Origin: Malacoraja senta
Lineage: Eukaryota
Assembly (NCBI GenBank): GCA_038087875.1
Contig: CM075981.1
Span: 72,292,001 to 72,356,000 of the forward strand
Reading direction: 5' to 3'
DNA length: 64,000 nucleotides
Made by a program: the position numbers and the translations under genes. Below the pieces are notes generated by a model that worked only from the letters and a program-made list of their open reading frames with translations, made no database searches and was not told where the DNA came from. Positions 54,601 to 64,000 of this stretch are shown in pieces. The stretch's first letter is position 1. Every line of letters starts with the position of its first letter.

Positions 54601-57600
54601 TGGCAAAGGCAAAAAAGTGAGTATTTGTATAAACCAAATATTCTTGGGATATGAGTGTTGTTGGCAAAGGGGCCATTTTCTGCCAGTTTTCATTGTCTTA
54701 TACAGTTAGGTAAAACTGTCTTAAAAGGCCACTTCAGAGTGGAGAGTCAGCCTTAAAGGTTAGGCCTGAAGCCAAATGTAAGGCAGCAGATTTTCTTATT
54801 AAAGGGATTTTCTGAATCGGTTGGGTTTTTATGGCAATCTGATAATGTCATAGTTAGTTCAACTGAATCTAGCTTTTCCTTATTTTTATGTTGTCTTTTA
54901 GTTTTAATTTATTATAATATGAGTATGGCCTTGAGAATAGTTACCAGATCCTCTTAGCGTTGATCCAAGCAGACACATGGATATCAAGTAATTAGTGGAA
55001 AGAAATTTCAGAAGAGATTCCTTTCCTTTTGATTGTAAATTCTGAGTCAAAAGGCAGTTCAGTGCCAATCTGCCCACCCTCTTTGCCACTACTGTCTTAC
55101 TCTCTCTTCCCAGAGCATCCCCTCTCTTGTCATCAGTGCCCAGCTCTCTCTCTCCTTCCCATATGGTGATCTTCCAATCCCCATCCCCCCCATCGTTTTC
55201 CTCCTTTCAGGGGAGGGCATTGGGTGCCACCTCTTTAGTGTAGCCACACACATTTTACTGCATCACTCACTCACCTACTATCTTACCTCATTTCCTTGCA
55301 ACACCTCCCATTGGTGGCCATTTCCTATCTGTCATCCACGTACTCCCACTTTTCCTTCCACTTCCCATCCCCAGCAGGTCCTCTTTTTCTATCTTCCTTT
55401 TATCCTTGATGGCCTCCCTCATTGGCAGGCCCTATTTCCATCACCCATTTCTGTGCTGACCAAGTCCATGACTGCCCCCTCTCCAACAAGCTTAACAGCT
55501 GTACTCTCCGCCCCTGACAGGCCTCTCAATTAGCAGCCCCATCTCCTTTCCCTCCTTACTATACTGCCAAGGGCCTCTTCATCCTAGGAATTTGCTGCAC
55601 TCTCATGGACCCTTATACCCTGCTCCATCACCCCTCTCCATCTTGCAGATTCCTTTGCTCTTCCCATCTTGACAGTCCTCATTCCCTCATAGTCTTGCAT
55701 AACAGTAGACTTTCACTAAACCCACTTCCCTGGACCATCAACCCACCCTCTTGTGAGGCTCCTTAAAACTCCCAATCCCTCCCTGTCATTCAGTTTTCAT
55801 GTTCTCTCCTGTTTTCCTGACTTATAACCACCATCTTGCTTTCTCCTTTATTTTCTTTGTTACATTTTGGTTACCAGATCTTGTATTGATCATGAGCTTT
55901 GCCTCCATGAACCGCATGGCATGGATATTACAAGAGAAGAACTGAATGTGAAACATTTTTATTCTAATCTCTGTGAAAATGAAGCCTACAGACTAGATGT
56001 TTGGTGTTGTTTTGATAGGCTGGATGAGGCTCTCTCCCATTACTTGGGGGAGATGACAGAAATCACACCATCCGAAGAGTTCCAGATGGAGATTTCGGAA
56101 CCTGTTCGAAAATGCCCCCAGTGCGGCAGGGACATGGTTCTCAAACCAAAGAAAGATGGAGGGTAAGTAACTGAATAGGAAGATAACATGAAGCCCTAAT
56201 GCCAATCGCACAGGAACAGGAGGTGGGCATTTGTTCCTGCAATGAACAGTTTCTTCCTCTGAGCTTGATGGCCATTCAGTTCATGGATGGTCTGCACCTT
56301 ATTTTTTTACTTGATTAAAGCAGAATTTTTCACTTGTAAATTGTGCTTGTCCCCATCATCCATTCTCCTGTGACGCAATGGTTCATATTTCATCTACATC
56401 TTATCTGCCCACTCCCTCTCTCTTCTTTACCCCCACTCCTCTCCAGTCATATCTCTGGCTACTTCTCCTGTTTCCTATATATAAATATCCACAAAAAAAC
56501 GTGCCACACTCTTCCAGCATGTGAATGCCTTTGGTAAATTAGGCTGGTGGTGACACTGTCAATTTAATCAATTGTGTTTCTGTTTATAATACCTCCTAAT
56601 TTAATTTTTAATGTTGCAGTCATTCATGTTAATCAGTCACCATAGTTCATGAATGAATGAATGAATACTTTATTGTCATTATAACATGTAAACACGTACA
56701 ACGAAATTAGAAATGCCAACCGGTCAGTACACACATTTTCTTAGCGCAAAAGTCTAAGATAAACAACTAAAATAAATAACATGAAAAACACACATTCTTC
56801 TGTCGTTTTCCCAGTCCCTTTGGTGTGTAGCACACCTGTACTCATTTGGTGGCTACATTAAGTGTATTTATTGCTGTGGGATAAAAACTGTTTTTGAGTC
56901 TGTTTGTCCTTGTCCTCATTGATCTGTACCGTTTGCCTGACGGCAGCAGTACAAACAGGGAGTGACCAGGGTGGAAAATGTCCTTTATAATCTTCTTGGA
57001 TTTTTTGAGACAGTGGGAACTGTGTAGGTCCTTCAAGGTGAGGAGAGGGCAGCCGATGATCTTCTGGGCGTTGTCAATTGCCCTCTGGAGCGCTTTCCTC
57101 TTAGCCGCTGTGCAGCTGGTGTACCACACGCATACACAGTATGTTAAGATGCTCTCAATTGAGCATCGATAAAAGGATAGCAGCAGTCTCTGGGTGATGT
57201 TGTTCTTCCTGAGCACCCTCAGGAAGTACAGTCTCTGCTGGACCTTTTTCAGCAGCGCAGAGGTGTTCACGCTCCAAGTCGGGTCCTCCTCAATGTGGAT
57301 TCCCAGGAAGCGGAAATCCGCCACCCTTTCCACACAGTCCCCATCGATAATTAGTGGTGTAATGTCCGTTTTCTTCTTCCTATAGTCAATTATGAGCTCC
57401 TTGGTCTTTGAGGTGTTGAGGAGCAGGTAATTTTCTCCACACCACCCTGTCAGCTGCTCCACCTCATCCCTGTAGGCGTACTCATCCCCCCCAGAGATGA
57501 GCCCCACCACCGTGGTGTCATCTGCGAATTTGACAATGGTGTTACTGTGGTGGGCGGGGGTGCAGTCATATGTGTAGATGGTGTAAAGCAGGGGGCTCAG

Positions 57601-60600
57601 CACACAGCCCTGTGGAGAGCCGGTACTGAGGCTGAGGGCCGTAGATGTGTGACGGCCCACTCTGACTCTCTGACTGCGACCCGACAGGAAGCTCTTTATC
57701 CACATGCAGGTGGAGTGTGGAAGTCCCAGGTCCCCCAGTTTGTCCACCAGTTTGTGGGGAAGGATGGTGTTAAAAGCAGAGCTGTAGTCCACAAAGAGCA
57801 TCTGCTGCTCCAGATGTGACAGTGCAGCATGGAGGGCTGTGGCTACAGCATCCTCTGTGGATCTATTTGCTCTATACGCAAACTGGTGGGGGTCAAAGCT
57901 TCGGGGCAGGAGCGATGTGATGTGACCCTGGACCAGTTTTTCAAAACACTTCATCACCACTGGTGTGAGTGCGACTGGCCAGTAGTCGTTGAGACTGGAA
58001 ATGTGGGTTTTTTTGGGCAAGGGGACTATGGTGGAGGACTTCAGACAGGATGGGACAGTGGACTGGGCCAGAGACTGGTTGAAAATCCTCGTAAAGACTC
58101 CATACCTTACCCCTTAGTATGTTCACATGAAGGAATGGATAAGGGGCAAGAAATAAATTCTGTGAACACAGTAAGGTGTGAGGGGAATCCAATGAACATA
58201 GCAAGTGTAGGCACTGTGGGAAATACATCCTGTGAATAGAGAATTGAGTTTGGGGTGGGGGCGAAGAACATAAGGGATGGGAAAATGAACCCTGACAACA
58301 GCTCCATACTTATTATTCCTGCTTCCTTAATTTAATTGTTTAAGAAGGAACTGCAGATGCTGGAAAATCGAAGGTACACAAAAATGCTGGAGAAACTCAG
58401 CGGGTGCAGCAGCATCTATGGAGCGAAGGAAATAGGCAACGTTTCGGGTATCGGCCCGAAACGTTGCCTATTTCCTTCGCTCCATAGATGCTGCTGGACC
58501 CGCTGAGTTTCTCCAGCATTTTTGTGTACCATCCTTAATTTAATTCTTCTGCTCCTGTTTTATATTTTTATCAAAGTGAATTAAGCCTCTTTTAAAAAAA
58601 AAATCTATACAGATATCTCTCTATCTTCATTAAACAAATTCCTTAAAACCCATCTCTGTGACCAGGTCTTAATATTTTATGTACCTCACTGAAATGATTG
58701 TATTATTCTGAAAGCATACCTGTGAAGCACTTTAAGATATTTTACTGTGTTAAAGGTACTGTATAAATGCATGCAATTCTGTTGCCATGCTGGGCAATTG
58801 GCATATATTGCCAGTTCCTATTCACCTTGTGACAGTGCGGGATGTTGCGTTCATCGTATTTTCTTTGTATTTGCTGCAGGACGTACCTTTCATGTACCGG
58901 ATATCCGAGCTGCAGATCTGCAGTCTGGTTTCCAGATTCTGTCCTTGGGGTCAGCAAGGATGAGAGCGTTTGTCCCACATGTAAGCCACACCCAGTTCAC
59001 AGGTAAGGACTAAAGAAGACAAATCTAAGCCTTACTGTTTTATTTTGAGAAAACTTATTCATTTTACTTGTTCTGAATTTTCAGGTTAAAGTTTAAGTTC
59101 AAACGAGGCAGTGTGCCTCCGTTGATCCCTTTGGAGTTCGTCGGCTGTATTGGAGGTTGTGACGAGATGTTGAGGGAGATCCTGGACCTGAGGTATTTAC
59201 GTGGACCATCCCAATTGAACAATCAAACAGCCAACCATTTGTCGCAGAACAGACCAGAGAGTCACGTGAACAAGAGGCCCAGAAACCGTGGAGGTGCTGT
59301 GCCAACAGTGGCTGTGGGCCTAGTATCTAGAACCGTTCCATCGGTGACTGCACGTGATGATAATGCTGTTATGTGCAACTGTGGTCAGAACGCAATACTA
59401 CTGACAGTCCGCAAGGATGGACCAAACCAGGGACGGAAGTTTTACAAGTGCAACGTGGGTAATTGCAACTTCTTTCTGTGGGCCGAGCAGGACGTTGGGG
59501 AATCGAGAAGCCATGGAGGAGCGGTTGGCAGGGGGAATACGAACACAGATACAGGAAACATCCGCCAAGCTGAAAGCAGGGCGACCTCTGGTGTAGGAGA
59601 AACAATGTGCACATGCAACCAGCCAGCTGTCACACGCACAGTGCAGAAAGATGGACCCAACCAGGGACGGGCATTCCATACCTGCTCCAAACCCAGAGAA
59701 CAGCAGTGTGGCTTCTTCCAGTGGGCCGATGAGAACGCTTTACCTGGTAAGCATCGGAATAGAATCACAGAAAAGTACAGCACAAAAACTGCATTGATCA
59801 TTAACCACCGATTTACTAATGAACTATACGAACAAATCCTAAGGCACTATAGGAAAGTATTTAGTAGACAATTACCAACCTCTTTTTCAAAAACTGTTAA
59901 CCATATTTAGAAAAACACGAGCTACCCAGGTTATTCCTGGGTTACAAACACTAGACTTGTGGGCACCCCATGCATACAAACAACATTTGAGGGAGCAAGA
60001 GGATGAACGGTGCTGAATTTGCTACTGCGGGGCCACAGACATCTTGTGCCAGGTGGAAATGGGGCATTTCCACTTTCTTTCTTCCCCAGCCCTCTCCCTC
60101 TAAGCCACAATAATTGGAGCTGTGTCGAGCTGAGCTGAACCAGAACGCTCAGCAGCATTGATCAGTCATTGAGTCACTAAGACCAGCTGACAACTGTTTT
60201 TCCCACACCGATTTGCTCTCCAATCACAGCCGTTTCCATGACCCTCTCCCACACACTGTTTTTCATTTCTGACTTTCAAACGGTTTGGGTTACGAGCAGT
60301 TTTTGGGAATGGAAGGACCCCTTTGTAACTGAGGACTGCCTGCAATCTTACATTAATTCCATTTTTTTAAATTCACCCTACATAGTTATAACTACCCCTA
60401 AATTCTACTATTCCCCTACACACCAGAGGCTATTCACAATAGCCATTTACCAAGCAACCTACCTCCCTTCACATCTTTGAGATAAAACTGGAGCACATGG
60501 AGGAAATCCACACAATCGCAGAGATACTGATACTAGCCAAGGCCAGAATTGAACTTGTGTCTCTGCCGTTGTGTGGCAGCAGCTCTACTATTATTGGACA

Positions 60601-61334
60601 ATACTAGTAATATCCTCATTTCACCACCAGTCACTTTTATGCAATACTCAATGGCAAATGAAAGCTCTTAAAATGCCACCTGGGACCATGGTTTTCAATG
60701 CAGTGCCATGAGTTGCTATGAGCCACTTGATCAATGTTTTGGATAGCATGTGTGTTTCAGAATATGGTTTACTGTTTATTGAAATAGAGATTGTGAATTG
60801 TCTACTAAATACATTCATAGACTACCTTAGGATGTTTACATAGTTCATTGTGCTAGGCCAAAGCTACTGTGGGAAGCTGTAAAGCCAGGTTGCAGATATG
60901 ACTGAGATATGCAATGAGCTATGAACGGCCCCCACCAGTTAAATACTAAAAACAGCTGAATAGATATTTGAGCCTGTACTTAATTTCAGGTCATTCATTG
61001 ATAAAGGGGGGTGGAAGATTGCAACCTTCACGTGGTCCGCCCTGTTTCGACTAATGCAATCAACTCGACGTGCACAAACAGAAGATCAAATAGAACAAGT
61101 TGTCCTATAACTTTAGGCTGTGCACGCCACATGAAAGAAGAAGAAGATTGATAAAGGAATACTTGGGATGTTCAAATCAAATGATATAATTGTATTCTTT
61201 CTATTTCAGGATCAATAAGTAATCGGCTGGATAGAAATTCTTTCCAGAATGGACCCACAGCAAAGAAGCCACGGTCCTGCGGGCTGTGTCATCAGCCGGG
61301 GCACACCAGGACAAAGTGCCCCCAAAACCGGTGA
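39444..61334 (+). CDS. TOP3A: DNA topoisomerase III alpha, 19 coding exons, 2889 nt, 962 aa
   Basis: Exons: 39444-39581, 40808-40867, 41708-41781, 43244-43319, 44845-44953, 45692-45835, 46327-46497, 46914-47014, 48250-48324, 49085-49167, 49722-49929, 51841-52026, 52484-52613, 53638-53751, 54451-54616, 56019-56162, 58880-59002, 59085-59746, 61210-61334. All are GT-AG and phase-compatible. Motifs: [14 protein letters not shown] and [10 protein letters not shown], catalytic [17 protein letters not shown], a C4 zinc finger, two GRF zinc fingers and a terminal CCHC knuckle. Confidence 0.97.
39672..40045. repeat. 20-bp minisatellite (CTGATGGACCTCTCCCCTCC)n, about 18 copies, in TOP3A intron 1
   Basis: Directly visible period-20 array, with degenerate copies continuing to about 40430. 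Confidence 0.95.
44082..44267 (-). mobile_element. 186-bp non-coding Penelope-derived insertion carrying a hammerhead motif (44141-44173), with a 13-bp TSD
   Basis: TAATTGAAGGATA is duplicated at 44069-44081 and 44268-44280. The internal minus strand reads CTGAAGA-AAGGTCTCGACCC-GAAATGTC. It is nested in a CR1 fragment. Confidence 0.75.
45255..45525 (-). mobile_element. tRNA-derived SINE (HE1/V-SINE-like)
   Basis: The minus strand has an A/B-box-like head GGGTGGCACAGTGG...GACCCGGGTTTGATCCTGAC, a V-core-like GTTCTCCCTGTGACTGCGTGG, and a CR1-like tail. Confidence 0.65.
49988..51164 (+). mobile_element. Non-autonomous Helitron, 1177 bp, in TOP3A intron 11
   Basis: Starts A|TCTATCTATATATTAC and ends with the hairpin GGGGCCC-AAC-GGGTCCC plus ACTTGGTCTAG|T. 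No TSD. Internal duplication at 50480-50730 and a purine tract at 50790-51080. Confidence 0.85.
52865..53145 (+). mobile_element. HE1/V-SINE-like SINE fragment
   Basis: GTTTGTATGTTCTCCC...GGTTTCCTCCCA...AAAGATG...GGTAGGTTAAT core with a CR1-like tail. Confidence 0.6.
56649..58105 (-). mobile_element. 5'-truncated Rex1/Babar-type LINE (RT plus C-terminal domain), antisense in TOP3A intron 16
   Basis: ORF 56842-58020 carries [49 protein letters not shown] and QQRLYFLR. The 3' end has GACAATAAAG followed by an (ATTC)n tail. Confidence 0.92.
58338..58531. mobile_element. Fold-back Penelope-derived insertion (76-bp arms) with a 14-bp TSD
   Basis: Arms at 58373-58448 and 58455-58530 with 1 mismatch. 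TCCTTAATTTAATT lies at 58324-58337 and 58532-58545. Confidence 0.8.
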
Positions 61335-62476
61335 CCCTCTCACCTTCCCACCTGCATTTTGTCATAAACTGGGTACTGTGCCTGCAGAGAAAACGGTCAT
61401 CTTCATCTCAGTTCTCCTGATCTTTCCCACTGATACTAACCAGATCCTTCATAAGGAGTACTGCATTATGTGATCTTTAATATAGAGTTCAGAGAGTTCA
61501 TTGTTCGATGAGGGAGAGTGGGTTGCCTGGACGTGTTGGGTGCCGGGTTACAGTGAGAAGCAGAATGGAATCCATTACTTAATCTGCCTCCAGGAGCGGT
61601 TGCTCAGTCCTCCATGGGTGGATTTTATTCATGGAATGGTATTGCTTCTATCAAATCAAGCTTTTCTGGAGATGGTACATCTTAGCAACTGAGGAGTAGA
61701 AGAGCTGTAAGAACGTCAATTTGTTTTAGTCAGAATGTTTAAAGTTGGTTAAAAGCTCAGGATTTGATTTTGGCACCTTTAAATGCGAAGGTAACTTTTG
61801 GTTATGTCATTGTGTTATCATAAGTTTAGGTTCCAGTTCAGCATGTTTGCATTTGATTATTGGATAAATCACTTGTAAATGTCCAGCAGGGAATTAAGTT
61901 TCTATTTTTGCAGAGATATATTAGGTTACTGTATTATCTCTTGTGGATGTTGTGTGATGTACCATGGATAAGGAATCGTTCAATGGCTGCATTGTCAAAT
62001 GGCTTTCAGTGACGTGCAGTAGAAATGCAAATGCTTTATTTTCCTCATTTCCTTCTATGGGAAGAGAACAGCCATTCTCCTTTTATATTTTATTGTGGCT
62101 TGTGTTTATCCTATATAATACTGGGGTAGTGCACTAATGATTACAGCACTATTTCACTGATACAGTATTGATAGGCACAGAATTCTCTGGATACAGTAAA
62201 GGTAGATGCAGGGTTGCACTGTATAATATTAGGGCGTAACACTGGTGGGAATGATGTGTCACAGTGTACCATCAGGCTGCATTTAGCAGTGTGAACGTAA
62301 CTATCACCAACCCATTGGGAGGTTGCATTGAACCATAGAACTGAAGTTATAATAGAGAGCAGAGTAATTGAAGAGATAGAATGAGTAAACCCGAGAGTCC
62401 ACCAGGACATGGATGAATTAAAATTCATTTTATTTTAACATTAGAGGCTACTGTTAAGTGTGATTTAATTTCAAAT

Positions 62477-62482
62477 AATAAA
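62477..62482 (+). terminator. Candidate TOP3A polyadenylation signal
   Basis: AATAAA about 1.15 kb after the stop, followed by T/GT-rich sequence. An alternative AATAAA lies near 62801. Confidence 0.4.
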
Positions 62483-64000
62483 TTAATATTTGCTTTTTCA
62501 GTGTATTTCTGTTCTCACGGTTTAACTGAAAGTGTGATTTGTTTTCCTCTCAAGATGTTGACTCACTTGTATGATTAACACAGGGATTCCTTCCCAACGT
62601 GGGACATTTTAAGCAGGGAATGAAATAGAATTGTAATTTGGGTGGTGGAATCAGATTTCCCAACTGTACAAAGAGACAGCTGGGAGTTATTCACTCCCCA
62701 GCTGGTTTCAACATTGTGATTAGTGAAAACAGTTGATCATTTATAATGATTTCATGTGGTCCTAAACTCCACTGAATGAAGTGAGTAAATTGGCCAATGA
62801 AATAAATCAGATTTTCTGCTGAAACTAGAACATGAATGCTTTGTTACATCATTAAACATTAAAAAGGCAAAATGTTTTCCTTTTGATCTTTCAAGATTAT
62901 CGGTAACTCAAAAGCAATAAATTATATACTGAAAATCTGAATATTGGTGTTCTATTAAGGGTACAATTAAGATTATACAATCATAATTTCTTATTGCTTG
63001 ACAACCCTAATCCCTTCAGACATCATTAAGGTAACAATTAATAATTGCTATTCTTAAATTACTCGGGTATCATAAGGTCATAGGTGATAGGAGCAGAATT
63101 GCACTTTATCTGCTTATTTATGTGTATATTGAACTGAACTGTTCTGTATTTTTGCTTACAATATTCTGTTGTGCTGCAGCAATCAAGAATTTCATTGTCC
63201 TATCTGGGACATGACAATAAACTCTCTTGACTTGACTTGAAATAGGCCATTCGCCCATCAAGTCTACTCCGTCATTCAAACATGGCTGATCTATCTCTCC
63301 CTCCTAACCCCATTTTCCTGCCTTCTCATCATAACCCCTGACACCCGTACTAATCAAGAATTTATCTATCTTTGCCTCAAAAATATCTATTCATAGCCTT
63401 CTGTGGCAAATTCCACAGGTTCACCACCCTCTGACTAAAGAAATTCCTCCCCTTCTCCTTCCTGAAGTACCATCCTTTAATTCTGAGGCTATGACCTCGT
63501 CCTGGAATCCTGGTAAAGGAAGCACAATTTATATAACAGTGCACATTGGCATGAATTGGTCTCAATATATGAGACCAATTGCAATATGTGAAATATATGG
63601 ATCTTTAATCTTTGACTATAATAAAGACAGTTGAATTTCTCCAATTTAATTGCTCATTCAGAGAATGTCAGGTTGTGCAAAATGGGCCCCAGGATTGTTT
63701 AAGGAAATTTTTAACATTAATGTTTTTTGACGTTACAATCCAGTAGATGCAAAAATATCCATTATGGTGTTAGATAAAAAAATATCCTATTCACTATTAA
63801 TATTTTTTGTAATGTTGTAATCTGGGAGTTCTCCTTTTCCCTACCACCTACCGAAGGTATGCTCAATGCTCTGCTGTGGAGTGATAGGAGTAGAGCATTG
63901 GACTTATTCCACCATTCAATCAGATTATGACTGATCCTTTACCTCTTTGCATTTACCCAATCTATTCCTCTCATGATTTTGTACACCTCTATAAAATCAT

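Noticed and set aside
55080-55860. C/T-rich stretch in TOP3A intron 15
   Set aside because: Low complexity, with no periodicity, termini or ORF that could be supported.

Overview
Eukaryotic, intron-rich vertebrate DNA. The repeat content (CR1 LINEs, HE1/V-SINE-like SINEs, Penelope-like elements, Rex1/Babar) suggests a cartilaginous fish, probably a skate or ray; this is inferred. Four protein-coding genes were reconstructed by hand from splice sites and reading phase. They are the 5' end of UNKL (minus; 2 coding exons, with a 1-nt frameshift in exon 2), an intact intron-containing histone H3.3 gene (plus, divergent from UNKL), UQCC4/C16orf91 (minus; 2 exons, 146 aa) and complete TOP3A (plus; 19 coding exons, 962 aa). 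The rest is mostly mobile DNA: three related non-autonomous Helitrons, two MITEs, LINE fragments (CR1, Rex1/Babar, an ancient RTE), Penelope GIY-YIG fragments and two GC-rich minisatellites. There are also many short Penelope-derived units carrying minimal hammerhead-ribozyme motifs, several as fold-backs and two with 13-14 bp target-site duplications. Most long ORFs in the supplied track are repeat artefacts.
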